From the NCBI GenBank assembly GCA_026988815.1, contig JALSKP010000139.1:1927-65926 (forward strand): DNA of 64,000 nucleotides, in the 5' to 3' direction. The translations under genes and the position numbers were made by a program. The notes under the pieces are model-generated. The model was not told where the DNA came from. It searched no databases and worked only from the letters and a program-made list of their open reading frames with translations. This document shows positions 8,834-19,498 of the stretch, piece by piece; the stretch's first letter is position 1; every line of letters starts with the position of its first letter. The DNA is from Myxococcales bacterium (GTDB lineage: Bacteria; Myxococcota_A; Bradymonadia; Bradymonadales; Bradymonadaceae).

Positions 8834-11179
8834 TTATCGAACCAACACTGTTCGGCGAGACGCCTGTCCAGCATTATCCATGACCAGCACTTCATGTTTA
8901 CCAACGCTTGGCGTCCACCACAATCTCTCTTGCGCACCTGCGCTACCGATAAATTGACCGTCCACAAACCAACTTAGTTTCATGCCAGCAATTTCACTTT
9001 CGGCCTCAAGTGGAAGTTCTTGGTCTTTGGCCGGAACGCCCGGAATAAGATTGATGCTTTGTAAACGTGGGGACGTTATTTGTGGCGGACGTGTGGCGTC
9101 GGTCGGCGGACAATCATCGGATAATAGAGGCACCCGTGGAGAAAAACGATGGCGGTCAGAAAGGTAGCGACGCACACTCGCGGGCCAACTCAGAAAAACT
9201 TTCGGTTCATAATCGCGGTCCAAACGGCACGATGGGGTAAGCGATCGACCTGTTTGTTTATCGATATCAACACGTACATGATACGGACATTTTTTAGTGA
9301 GCACCCGAGATCGCGGCGCGAGTACTATTTCTCTATGGGGACAAGAAGGATTGGGCGGATGTCCGGAATAGGAACAGACTTCGAACTCGCTCAATTCATC
9401 GGGCTGGGGATCGCTTTGGTCCCCTTCCACAGTTAGCGTTTCGAGAACATCAAACAAAACGGGCCCGCTTCTTTTACTACCTAGGAGGGCTGCGTTTCCT
9501 GAGTTGTCGAAATTCCCCATCCAGACAACTGCGGTATAAGAGGCATTTCCGCCAGCCGCCCATGCATCACGGAATCCATAACTGGTTCCCGTTTTCCAGA
9601 AAATGGGCGTCGCATTTGGATTCATTCGACGTCGATTAAAACCCGGTTTATCGTTTGTTCTTAACATTTTTCTGACCAACCATTTTGATGCCGAACTCAT
9701 AAATTCTGGGCCGTGATCGATATGTTTTTGGTTGGCAAGAACACGAATTTCGCGTGTCGAATTTTCGGACAGGGCGGCGTACAAATTGGCCACCTCGAAA
9801 GGAGAAATTTCCACACTTCCAATTGCGGCAGACAAACCATAGTAACCAGGTTTACTTACCAAGTTTTTTGTTCCCAGTCCACGGAGCATTCCAATCAAAG
9901 TATCGGGCCCCATTTTATTCAACATTCTCACAAAAGGAATATTGAGCGAGCGCGCCAAGGCAACTTCAACGCTCACCAAACCGCGAAAATTCTGGTCGTA
10001 ATTGCGGGGTGAATAAGTTCCGTAATGCGTCGGAATGTCGAGCGTTAAGGTTTGCGGCAGCACGATTCCGCTATCGATTGCGCCAGCAACGATAAAAGGT
10101 TTGAGTAGCGATCCCGTCGAACGGGCGATATTAAATCCTGGAAGTTGGGCGCCGTCCTTTTTTCCGAAATTGAAGTTTCCGATCATTGCACGCACATCGG
10201 CGCTTTCGTTTTCCACGACAACGATCGACGCATTTTTAATGCCGTGGATTCCGGCGGAGCGTTGATGGGAGGCAAGTATTCGCTCCACCATTTGCTGGGT
10301 CCCCCTTTGAATCGTCGTTGGGAAAAACAATGTTTTAGGTTCTTTCGCTTTCAGCCAAAACGCGAGATGGGGAATTTCTTTTGGGAAAGGATAAAGACGC
10401 GTGGGTACATCGGCCGCTAAAACTTGCTGATGAAGCTCTTTGGCTCGCTGCGCATCAAGATTGATGTCAGACACTTGAACGCCGGTATTCTCTTTTGACT
10501 CGTCGAACAAAAGAGAAGGGTGGATAAGCGCGCCCTCTTCTAGAAGCCAATCGGCGATATGATTTCGAGCGTCTTCGAGGCGTTTTTTATTTTGATTTTT
10601 CGGATAACGTAAATTGGGATTTTGTGGAACGGCCAACAAGGTTGCAATTTCGACATGCGATAGATGTTTGGCAGAATGGGAAAAGTAGGACAGTGAGGCT
10701 GCCTCAATACCCTCGATATTTCTGCCAAAAGGAACATAGGTCAAATAGGCTTCCAAAATTTCCTTCTTCGATAAATAAAGCTCAATCTGGGTTGCTCTGT
10801 AGGCCTCAATGCATTTGCTTTTTAGTGTTCGGGGCCGGGGTTCTAGCACGCGAACCAATTGCATTGTAATCGTTGACGCGCCAGAAATCCGCCGTCCCAT
10901 GGTCAGGTTTAAAAACATCGCACGTAGAATCGCTACTGGGTCGACGCCAAAGTGTTGGTAAAATCGTTTATCTTCGAATCGAATAAGCGCGTCCAAATAC
11001 ACCGGATCGATATCATCCAAAGAGGGTTTAATTCTCCACTTATCATCTTCAGAAAGAAAGACATGCGCGCTTCGTCCATCCTCATAGGCGACAACGACAG
11101 ATTCTCTATAGTCTAAACGTTTGGGAAGATCCCAGAAATATAAACCGCAAAGTAGCCCCAGAATGGTAATGAAAAGCAT
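8834..11179 (-). CDS. pbpC: Penicillin-binding protein 1C (bifunctional transglycosylase/transpeptidase)
   Basis: 781-aa ORF with an N-terminal transmembrane anchor. GT51 motifs are present (EDKRFYQHFGVD, GASTITMQL), as are transpeptidase motifs SxxK (STGSLLKP), SxN (SPRN) and KTGTS. The long C-terminal PBP1C-type domain and the position directly downstream of an alpha-2-macroglobulin gene support the call. Confidence 0.9.
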   Translation of the reverse strand: MLFITILGLLCGLYFWDLPKRLDYRESVVVAYEDGRSAHVFLSEDDKWRIKPSLDDIDPVYLDALIRFEDKRFYQHFGVDPVAILRAMFLNLTMGRRISGASTITMQLVRVLEPRPRTLKSKCIEAYRATQIELYLSKKEILEAYLTYVPFGRNIEGIEAASLSYFSHSAKHLSHVEIATLLAVPQNPNLRYPKNQNKKRLEDARNHIADWLLEEGALIHPSLLFDESKENTGVQVSDINLDAQRAKELHQQVLAADVPTRLYPFPKEIPHLAFWLKAKEPKTLFFPTTIQRGTQQMVERILASHQRSAGIHGIKNASIVVVENESADVRAMIGNFNFGKKDGAQLPGFNIARSTGSLLKPFIVAGAIDSGIVLPQTLTLDIPTHYGTYSPRNYDQNFRGLVSVEVALARSLNIPFVRMLNKMGPDTLIGMLRGLGTKNLVSKPGYYGLSAAIGSVEISPFEVANLYAALSENSTREIRVLANQKHIDHGPEFMSSASKWLVRKMLRTNDKPGFNRRRMNPNATPIFWKTGTSYGFRDAWAAGGNASYTAVVWMGNFDNSGNAALLGSKRSGPVLFDVLETLTVEGDQSDPQPDELSEFEVCSYSGHPPNPSCPHREIVLAPRSRVLTKKCPYHVRVDIDKQTGRSLTPSCRLDRDYEPKVFLSWPASVRRYLSDRHRFSPRVPLLSDDCPPTDATRPPQITSPRLQSINLIPGVPAKDQELPLEAESEIAGMKLSWFVDGQFIGSAGAQERLWWTPSVGKHEVLVMDNAGQASRRTVLVR

Positions 11180-11223
11180 AAAACCAAAGCCGGTCGCCAG
11201 CTTCTCAAGTCTCTTTTTCGTTT

Positions 11224-14200
11224 TTATTCTCGGCTCACTTTCACGATAGATGGTTTTTCACGGGCCCACATTTCGGGTTCATACATGCCTTCGATTTCGG
11301 GCGGAGGCGCGAAGAATTTGCCGGCGGCCACGGCGCGTACCGTGTACATTAGGGTAACGGTTCGTTTCGCGTTGATGGTACCAAAAACTTCGATACGGTC
11401 ATCGCGTACGTTCATATGTTGAACCTTCCAAAGTTGGTTGGTGTTCACCCACGACGGAAGGGTGCCTCTACCGAAGCTTGGATTTTCAACCTCAAATCCT
11501 CCGGCAAATCGATCGACCAAGGCAAGGTTGGAAAGGTTTCGATTGGTTGTGTTGGTTATCGTTATACGGACAAAAGCGATATCTCCCAAAGTGTAGGCAT
11601 CGGGTTCTAATTCCTTGCCTGACAGATCGAAGTACACGCGATTAATCTTCAACCCGTTTCCGCCTATCTTCGCTTCTGCACCGACTCTGACACCAGAACT
11701 CGAAACGATGGCATAAACCTTTCCGTTTTTCTTGGGAACATTGATGACGATACTGTCATATTCGCTTGCACGGGGAATAACCCAGGTAGAATCTTTTGAG
11801 ATCTTAGCGACGTTTTTCGCGTTCACTTTTTGCCCATTGATTTTAAGCGAGGGCGTTCCCATCGACTTTGCGCTACCTTTAAGCCATTTCCCGAGTCCTG
11901 TTATTCCCCACGAAATTTCTTGAGTTGTATAGTAACGACTCTTACGTTCTGAAAGAGAATTTGCGACCACTTTGGCGAGTTTTTCACCGTCGGCGTGTTT
12001 ACCGAAAAGGTCATAGAAAACACTGAGAATAAACGCGCGACGACGACGATCGGAATAGTAGGACCAACGGGTTTCGCGCTCGTCATCGATCTTTGAAATA
12101 TCAACATTTTTGAGCTGTTTTTCGTAACGACGATCGCCGGCGAGATAGAGTGCCGCTTGAAGAAGATAGGTGTTTTCCTTCTTTTGCTTCGCCGAAATTC
12201 GCGAAGCCCCAGGTGCCACGCTATCCTTGAAAGATTTACGGTTAATCAAAGATTGAATTTTAGCGCGATTGGCGCGACCGGCTTTGGCTAATACATAGTG
12301 CATGTAGGGTAGCGAATAATTATAACGCGAACGAGAACTTGAATTTTGCGCGGTCATCTCAAGATAGTCGAGCGCTTCTTTTAGGCGTTCCTCGGGAACG
12401 TCGAATCCTTTTTCTTTGGCGTCGAGTAGCATGTCGGTCGCGTAGGCTGTTCCCCAACGGTCGGGTGAATAGGAGCCAGGCCAATATGAGAATCCGCCAG
12501 AACTTGTTTGCATGGAAAAAATACGTCGTATGCCTGCGGCTATCATTTTTTCCACGCCGCCTAATTTTGCCAAAGTTTCCGGATCTGCATTTTTTACGAA
12601 TTCAGAAACAAAGAGTAAGGGACGGGTGGATGAAGTTGTTTGCTCAATACATCCGTAGGGGTATCGAATCACGTATTTGAGGTGGTCGAATGCACGACCG
12701 TAAGGGTTGGTTGTCACCCAGATATTGGTTGTTTCTGAGGTTGGAACCCATCCCTTTAAGAAAGAGTTAAATTCGGTTTTGCCTTGGGTAAGCTCGGCGA
12801 CTTTAACCATGGTTTCACGTGGTCCGGAAGGTCGGAAGGGTACCTCACCTTCGGTATAGGATTCAAAACCAGGTGCTTTGGCGATGACTTTGAATCTTGC
12901 TGCACCGGCTTGTCGAAGTGCCTTGACCCTAAAGATCGCGGTTTGGGACTCTTCGTTTTTCGCACTAAGGGTGACGCTTTGAGGAGAAAGAAAGGATAGG
13001 AGTTTACCTTTTGGTGCGTTCTGTTCTCCGGATATTCCCATATCTTCGACCTGAATTTCGATCGTAATATTTTTGTCTTTCCCTGTCATATTGGTCACGA
13101 ATACGGGAATGGATATCTCGTCGTCGGCGCTCAAGAAACGTGGAAGGGTTGCCTGTAAAACAAGAGGATCGCGAACCAGTACTTCCGTTTCGGCAGACCC
13201 GGTCTTTTTTTCGTCCATCGAAACCGCCATTATTCTCAAGGCGCCGCGATAGGTTGGAACATCAAAAGAGACTTTTGCTTTTCCCTGGTCATCCACCTTT
13301 ACCAAACCTGACCAAAGGGCTACTGGCTTAACGGGCATTACGCGACCTAAACCGTCTCCAAATTTACCATCTTCGTCCCACGCTCCACCACCGGTTTGGG
13401 CGGAAGGTCCGGCACCATTTCTCTGAATGGCCCAACCAATGGTCTCGAAGGTTTCCACACCGAGCTTTCGCTTTTTAAACAATTGTTGAGATAATTTTGG
13501 CGTTTTGTAATGGGTCAGCGAAAGAATACCCTCATCAATTGCCGCGACTGTAACGAAGGTGTTTGCGCTGGCTTTACCTACATTAATGTCGACCTCGAAA
13601 GTGCTATTTGGACGTACTTCTTTGGGTGCATTGACGAGAAGTTCATGAACTTTGGTGGTTGGTTTGACCATCACGCTTTTTAGACCGTAGGCACGATCGG
13701 GCATAAAAGATTCCTTCGAATCAAGGAAAGGGTCTTTGACGACGAGCGCGCTAAAGTAAATATTGGGGACAAATTTTTCGAGTTTATATTTCCATTTTAC
13801 CTTGCCAGCTTTGACGTCCATCCATTCCGATTTAAGAATGGAGGAGGTTTCAACGCTAACCAACATTCGGCCAGCGAAGGGCACTTCGAATTCAACTTCA
13901 ACCTCTTTGTTGATTTCAATGACCGTCGGCGCGTTGATCGGAACGGGGTTCGGTCGTTGGGGTCGAGGCGTATAATCGAGCGATGAGCGATGGTTATAAT
14001 AGTAATATCGCCAACCACTGGCTTCGACGGAAATATCTGCCTTTGCATTCTTATCTTGGACGCGAACCACAAAACGACTCGCGTAGCTCGAAGGGGTCAT
14101 CGATACTTGAAAGCGTCCATTTTTTACGCGTACGCGTTTGGTGCCCACCGTGATTGGACGCATATTTCGTCCCCAAGAATCGCCGCCCAAAGAATCATCG

Positions 14201-16887
14201 CGGTACCAATAATAATCGTACTCAAGTCGAATGAATTCTACGTTGAGTTCTTTAATATCTTTTTTTATTTTCCCCTTCCAATCTACAATCACACCATCGA
14301 CCAGGAAGGGCGTTCCGACTTTCGCATTTTTGGCGGATGTTTTTAACCCAATATGGTAGCTATTAGCATGCATAGTGGTTTTGGTGATCGAGGAGGAAGA
14401 CCGTCCCGAGCCCGCTTCAAAAACGGCAGTCGTGGCCGTTAAATTAAACACGCCTGTGCGTGAATCGGTTGCTTCGTTATCAGGGCAGGCGAGCTTGAGT
14501 TTCCCTTCTTCTCCCAGAACGCCTTTTATAGCGCCTAACTCGATCGCTGATTTATCGCCAATTTCTGAGCCGAAGGTATAGTTGGAAAATTTCTTAGGTT
14601 TAAATTGACTGGTCGCGAGCTTACATGTGACCTCAACTTTGCTGCCTTTAGCAGAGCCACCGAAAAGGTATTTTGCTTGAATATCTACTTCTAAAGGCTC
14701 GCCGATGAGGTGATCTTTCCCTTTAATTTCGGTCGACACTTTCATCCTTTCCGGAACGAACTCTTCGACATTAAAAGTATAACTTTTTAGTAATTCCTTA
14801 CCGATCTGAACATCAAAACTATAGGCACCGGTGGATGCGAAGTCTGGGAAATGTTGATCGATGATGACCGCACCAGCGGCGTTGGTTTGAAGGATTCTGA
14901 GCTTCAAAAACTTCTTTCTCGGATCGTAGAATTTCAATTCAACGGGAAGCCCTTCCTTGGGAGCTTTATCTTTTGATGTTCGGATCACCGCCACAAAATG
15001 CCCCGTCTCGCCGGGACGATAAACATCACGATCCGCGTAAACAGCAGCACGGTATTTTTCTTTACTTAGATAGGGCGTGCCTGTTGTGGTCGGTGAGGTT
15101 TTGACTTGATCGTATTTGAGGAAAGTAAAATCGTTTTTTGCTTCGGCAAGGATCGCAAAGGGGGGATCTTCGTCGATGTCTTTACCGACAACGTCGAGTT
15201 TACAACTCCCGTTGTTTTTCGTTTTACAACTCGAATAAACGTTTCCGTTTTGCCGAATGAGCTTTATCTGGACACCTGGTTTTGCTTTGCTGGTCTCCAT
15301 ATCGAGGACCCAGACCATAATTTCGTCCGACCATAAATCGCCCTTCTTAGGTTCAGAACGTTTTACGATAAGGTTCAAATCGGTCACTACAACACGCGTA
15401 CTATCGGAGGCACCCTTAGGACCGGCGACGAAAATTTCGTACACACCAGGCTTTGGATCTTTGACAAGGTCGTGAATGGCAATACCTTGAATCGACTTCT
15501 CATCTGCCTTGCTTTTTAATTCGATTTTTTCTTTGGCAACAACTGACGATACACGTGTCCCCAAGGCTTCTTTGTCGCCCGATAACCAGAAGGCTATATT
15601 TCGAATAGGAATGTAACGCAGGGCAACATTCACTTTGGGAGTATTTAGGGTTTGAAGTGGAATGGTTTTCCAGGATTTTTTCGGAAGGTATCGGCCTTTA
15701 TTCGTAAATCTTAAAGTCGGCGTTCGAGCAGGAATAGTAAAGGTGTCTACATATTCTCGCGTAACCAATCCTTTATCAACGCTTTGTAATCCGGCCTCGA
15801 TTCTTAGGTTATAATTCCCGCGTTTGAAATCACCCAGAATATTGAAGCCACCTTCACCGGCTGCGACGCGCAGATTATCAACCTTGGGGGAAATCTTGAT
15901 GAGCTTTTTAAACGAGTCCTCGGTTGGAAGACAACGCTTGGAGACGCGGAAGCTATTGTAATCGTGTGTATAAAAATACCGGTAGCCACGCTTTGCGCCA
16001 TTGTCATAGCACACCACTTCGAGGTAAAATCCGGTCGGTCCCTCGCGATGGGAGACTTGTAGAATCTTCAATTCTGGCGCCGCACGAAGGTGGACGAAGG
16101 CCAATCCTTTGGGCGCGATAATGTTTTCGGCGACAGCACTTGGGACCTTGTCGACTTCTAATTTGAGCGTGCGATTTTCGGCGATGTCGGGATGAGAAAC
16201 ATAGGCGTGGACGAGGTGATCTGTGGCGCCTTTCACATAAGAGATCGCTGAAGATGGAATGGCCTTGTCGTCAATATACCATTTGGCAAAAGAGGAAAGA
16301 TTAGGTTTTAGAGCACCGGAAAAACGGATGTCAACTTCGGCCTTGTGAGCGTCCGGTTTTAAAAATCCTCCAGATACACTTAGGAATCTAAATTCAGGGG
16401 TCCTGAATTCCATGCTCCACGGCTTTGCGGGTTTCATAAGACCGTCAAGCGTATCCACGCTTATCAACGATACTTTGTATTTGGTTTGCGGAAGGAAAGG
16501 CGTATTGGGCTTAAATTCTAGGGAAGTGCTTGAGGTAAAGGTCAGGCTTCCAGGGATCTCTGGCTCGATCTTTAATCGGGTCGTATTGGGTACCGCTTTC
16601 GGATTGGAGCGGCTGGACGCCTCATAGGGTTGGATATCCATTGCGAACTGAATGACAATTTTTTGAGGGACGACGTCGGGGCTTCCGACACTTTGAATCA
16701 CGGGAAGAAGAAGTTCTGGCGTGATTTTGGTCTGGAAAATTCCGGCGGGATCTTCTTCGCCATCCATTCCAGCATCGGCTTCGATGTTGGGATCTTCCTT
16801 ATCCTTCTTCCCTTTTGAATCACCACAGGAGAAAGTAAGTAGTAAACATAAAATCGCGAATTTCGATAACGTCTTTTTTCCAATCAA
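11224..16887 (-). CDS. Bacterial alpha-2-macroglobulin family lipoprotein (YfhM-like) with intact thioester motif
   Basis: 1887-aa ORF with lipobox LTFSCGD. The thioester CxEQ motif is seen in YPYGCIEQTTSS. The size and all-beta repeat architecture are consistent with A2M. Confidence 0.92.
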   Translation of the reverse strand: MIGKKTLSKFAILCLLLTFSCGDSKGKKDKEDPNIEADAGMDGEEDPAGIFQTKITPELLLPVIQSVGSPDVVPQKIVIQFAMDIQPYEASSRSNPKAVPNTTRLKIEPEIPGSLTFTSSTSLEFKPNTPFLPQTKYKVSLISVDTLDGLMKPAKPWSMEFRTPEFRFLSVSGGFLKPDAHKAEVDIRFSGALKPNLSSFAKWYIDDKAIPSSAISYVKGATDHLVHAYVSHPDIAENRTLKLEVDKVPSAVAENIIAPKGLAFVHLRAAPELKILQVSHREGPTGFYLEVVCYDNGAKRGYRYFYTHDYNSFRVSKRCLPTEDSFKKLIKISPKVDNLRVAAGEGGFNILGDFKRGNYNLRIEAGLQSVDKGLVTREYVDTFTIPARTPTLRFTNKGRYLPKKSWKTIPLQTLNTPKVNVALRYIPIRNIAFWLSGDKEALGTRVSSVVAKEKIELKSKADEKSIQGIAIHDLVKDPKPGVYEIFVAGPKGASDSTRVVVTDLNLIVKRSEPKKGDLWSDEIMVWVLDMETSKAKPGVQIKLIRQNGNVYSSCKTKNNGSCKLDVVGKDIDEDPPFAILAEAKNDFTFLKYDQVKTSPTTTGTPYLSKEKYRAAVYADRDVYRPGETGHFVAVIRTSKDKAPKEGLPVELKFYDPRKKFLKLRILQTNAAGAVIIDQHFPDFASTGAYSFDVQIGKELLKSYTFNVEEFVPERMKVSTEIKGKDHLIGEPLEVDIQAKYLFGGSAKGSKVEVTCKLATSQFKPKKFSNYTFGSEIGDKSAIELGAIKGVLGEEGKLKLACPDNEATDSRTGVFNLTATTAVFEAGSGRSSSSITKTTMHANSYHIGLKTSAKNAKVGTPFLVDGVIVDWKGKIKKDIKELNVEFIRLEYDYYWYRDDSLGGDSWGRNMRPITVGTKRVRVKNGRFQVSMTPSSYASRFVVRVQDKNAKADISVEASGWRYYYYNHRSSLDYTPRPQRPNPVPINAPTVIEINKEVEVEFEVPFAGRMLVSVETSSILKSEWMDVKAGKVKWKYKLEKFVPNIYFSALVVKDPFLDSKESFMPDRAYGLKSVMVKPTTKVHELLVNAPKEVRPNSTFEVDINVGKASANTFVTVAAIDEGILSLTHYKTPKLSQQLFKKRKLGVETFETIGWAIQRNGAGPSAQTGGGAWDEDGKFGDGLGRVMPVKPVALWSGLVKVDDQGKAKVSFDVPTYRGALRIMAVSMDEKKTGSAETEVLVRDPLVLQATLPRFLSADDEISIPVFVTNMTGKDKNITIEIQVEDMGISGEQNAPKGKLLSFLSPQSVTLSAKNEESQTAIFRVKALRQAGAARFKVIAKAPGFESYTEGEVPFRPSGPRETMVKVAELTQGKTEFNSFLKGWVPTSETTNIWVTTNPYGRAFDHLKYVIRYPYGCIEQTTSSTRPLLFVSEFVKNADPETLAKLGGVEKMIAAGIRRIFSMQTSSGGFSYWPGSYSPDRWGTAYATDMLLDAKEKGFDVPEERLKEALDYLEMTAQNSSSRSRYNYSLPYMHYVLAKAGRANRAKIQSLINRKSFKDSVAPGASRISAKQKKENTYLLQAALYLAGDRRYEKQLKNVDISKIDDERETRWSYYSDRRRRAFILSVFYDLFGKHADGEKLAKVVANSLSERKSRYYTTQEISWGITGLGKWLKGSAKSMGTPSLKINGQKVNAKNVAKISKDSTWVIPRASEYDSIVINVPKKNGKVYAIVSSSGVRVGAEAKIGGNGLKINRVYFDLSGKELEPDAYTLGDIAFVRITITNTTNRNLSNLALVDRFAGGFEVENPSFGRGTLPSWVNTNQLWKVQHMNVRDDRIEVFGTINAKRTVTLMYTVRAVAAGKFFAPPPEIEGMYEPEMWAREKPSIVKVSRE

Positions 16888-17092
16888 ACTGAACCCCTGT
16901 GTCCGTTAAATCCTAAATACCACCCTCGTTCGCTGCCCGCATTCTAGTCGTGCAGAGTCTGGATGGCTTTTCCTCAAATCTTGCTAACCCTTATAAATGC
17001 AGCCTTATTCCGCGAATGTAAAGAATTCAATTCCTTATTTTTAGGAGATCCAAAAAGCACCGTCTTGGAAAACACGAGAATTCGGTCTATGT

Positions 17093-19477
17093 ATGTTTTC
17101 TCCGACAATGAGAACGATTATGAAAGCCATTCTTAGCATCCTTTTTTTGTTCGTCTTTTCGTGCTCGAACACCACACAAGGCCAAAAACCAACGCGTCTA
17201 AATCTGGACGGCCAGGCAAAAAAAGAAAAAGTAGAACGTGTGATTCTATTTATCGGCGACGGCATGGGCGTTGGTGCAATCGGTGGAACCCAATACTTGG
17301 CCGATGAAAAACTTCAGATGTTATCGATGCCAGAGTTTGGATGGATGTCGACCCATTCCTATGAGTTTGTGACCACCGATAGTGCCGCCTCGGCCAGTGC
17401 TATTTCAAGCGGAGAAAAAACCCACTTTAACGGCGTTGGCGTAAGGCCAGGTACCAGTGAAAAAGAAGAGGAGGATCCGGCCCATCACTTGGAGAGTTTC
17501 TTTGATCTAGCCAAGAGTAAAGGATGGGGACGGGGAATTGTGTCTACAAGTCGTGTGGTCCACGCAACACCAGCGGCCTTCTATGCTCACCGCAAAACCC
17601 GAAAATCTTACGATAAGATCGCCGAAGATTTATTGACAGCCGATCTTGATGTGGTGCTAGGTGCGGGATGGAAATATTTTCGAGAGCGCAAAGATGGTCG
17701 CGATCTTGTTGCCGAACTCAAAGCGCAATCTTACGATTATCTGGAAGATCCTTTGCAGCTTGATGCGTACACGAAAAGCTCTCGCAAAATGGTCGGTCTT
17801 TTTTATAAAAAAGATATGCCTTTTTTAGCGGACGAAAAGCGGACGATCTCTCTGCCGGAAATGGTAAACTCAGCTATTAAAGTCCTCGATCGTGGTCATC
17901 CCGAAGGATGGGTCCTCATGGTTGAGGGATCTTTTATTGATTGGTGCGAACATGCCCTGCGACCGGGATGCACCTTCAAGGAAACCAAGGATTTTGATGA
18001 TGCCTTGGCCCTCGGACGGCGTTATGCTGCAAGTCGATCACAAAACGACACTCTCATTGTTGTTACCGCAGATCACGAAACGGGCGGTTTATCGATTATC
18101 GATCCTCCCTTCGCTGAGGAATTTAGTAAGCAGATCAACCCAGACGAAGGCATCCAAACCACCGCGGTACAGAGCTTCGAGATGGGATCCTATTTCAATC
18201 CAGAAATGGCAACCATTTATGACAAGCGCATCGTCACAAACTTTGGTTCCATGTCGGCTGCCAGCGCGATGGTGTGGAAGAAAAAGGGGCGTTTTTATGC
18301 TGCTCATACGGCGAATTTCGTCCCTATCTTTGCGCAAGGACCAGGTGCAAAATTTATTGCCCAATCGCGAGATAACGCAACCTTGGGACGCCGGATCAAA
18401 TCGGTATTGGTCGAAGAAGGTGCTTTTTCCGCTCGGCCTAAAAAAAAGGAGAAACCTAAAAACATCGTCCTTCTTGTTGGCAGTGGAATGGGTATTGCGT
18501 CCCTTACCTACGGCTATTACGCGAACGGAAGTTCGGCTGCGATGGAACTCGAAGAACATGGCATCGTCGCGCCTCAATTTTCCAAACGTATCATCCCTAC
18601 AGGCCGGTCAACCCTTGGAGCGCTGTGTCAAAGTGAAAAGAAAGATCTGATACAACATGCCATCGACCAAGGAAAAAGCGTAGGCATTATCACTGGAGAT
18701 ATGGATAAGTCCTCTATCCATGCCTTTCATTCGCCCAAAAGCGTCGGCGCCAAATTAATAAACTTAACAACTAAATACCCCAAAGGGATTGCGTTGGTTT
18801 TTGGCGAATCACTGTCTCCCATAGACCTGCATCAGCTTAAAAAACCGGGGTATGATATTCAAAGGTCTTGGCCTCCTCAAGAAAGTGAAAAAGCGATTAT
18901 AGGCATTTTCTCGACGAAGCCCTCGCTCAAGGAAACCCTGGGGTTTGCGATCTCCCATCTTGAAAAAAACGAAAAAGGCTACCTCATCATCGCTGAGTTC
19001 AAAGGCGTCGACGCGCGACTTTCTACCTTTGAACTCAGCGCTCTGTTGGATGAACTCTCCGAATTCGACGACGCTCTCAACATGGCCAAGGCAAAAGTAA
19101 CCAAGGATACTCTCCTTCTTTTCACGGCCAATTACGATCACACGATGAGCGTCCTTGATAATCATTACGCGTTTGTAAATGGGCGGTGTGGCGCCACAAA
19201 AAGGTGTGGGGGGGAATATCATTACGATGAACTTGATGTCCTTGACCGAGAAGGATTTGGACGCAAAGACCTTCAGGGGGATTTCGAGCCGAAGATCATT
19301 CTACAATACGCATGGTTAATTCGAGCGGCCCAGCATGTGGTCGGATATAAATCGCCCAAGATCGCGGCTTACCCCTCAGCGAATTTCGTCCCCCTCTTTG
19401 CACAGGGCCCTGGCGCAGAACTTTTTCGAGGGTTTCACAAACAACAAGATATTGGTAAAATACTCAACGATTTGTAA
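17093..19477 (+). CDS. Tandem-domain alkaline phosphatase family lipoprotein (N-terminal domain catalytic, C-terminal domain degenerate)
   Basis: 794-aa ORF with lipobox FVFSCSN. Alternative starts lie at 17108 and 17120. Domain 1 has DGMGVG, TDSAASA (nucleophile Ser), EGSFIDWCEHA, TADHETGG and AHTANFVPIFAQGPG. Domain 2 repeats the scaffold (GSGMGIA ... NYDHT ... SANFVPLFAQGPG) but lacks the DS nucleophile motif. Confidence 0.85.
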   Translation: MFSPTMRTIMKAILSILFLFVFSCSNTTQGQKPTRLNLDGQAKKEKVERVILFIGDGMGVGAIGGTQYLADEKLQMLSMPEFGWMSTHSYEFVTTDSAASASAISSGEKTHFNGVGVRPGTSEKEEEDPAHHLESFFDLAKSKGWGRGIVSTSRVVHATPAAFYAHRKTRKSYDKIAEDLLTADLDVVLGAGWKYFRERKDGRDLVAELKAQSYDYLEDPLQLDAYTKSSRKMVGLFYKKDMPFLADEKRTISLPEMVNSAIKVLDRGHPEGWVLMVEGSFIDWCEHALRPGCTFKETKDFDDALALGRRYAASRSQNDTLIVVTADHETGGLSIIDPPFAEEFSKQINPDEGIQTTAVQSFEMGSYFNPEMATIYDKRIVTNFGSMSAASAMVWKKKGRFYAAHTANFVPIFAQGPGAKFIAQSRDNATLGRRIKSVLVEEGAFSARPKKKEKPKNIVLLVGSGMGIASLTYGYYANGSSAAMELEEHGIVAPQFSKRIIPTGRSTLGALCQSEKKDLIQHAIDQGKSVGIITGDMDKSSIHAFHSPKSVGAKLINLTTKYPKGIALVFGESLSPIDLHQLKKPGYDIQRSWPPQESEKAIIGIFSTKPSLKETLGFAISHLEKNEKGYLIIAEFKGVDARLSTFELSALLDELSEFDDALNMAKAKVTKDTLLLFTANYDHTMSVLDNHYAFVNGRCGATKRCGGEYHYDELDVLDREGFGRKDLQGDFEPKIILQYAWLIRAAQHVVGYKSPKIAAYPSANFVPLFAQGPGAELFRGFHKQQDIGKILNDL

Positions 19478-19498
19478 ACCCTCAATGGAGATCCTATC

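Noticed and set aside
17892-18650. 252-aa plus-strand ORF and 162-aa minus-strand ORF (18089-18577) inside the alkaline phosphatase gene.
   Set aside because: These are off-frame, Arg/Ser/Pro-rich shadow ORFs. The 17093-19477 frame carries all the phosphatase motifs.
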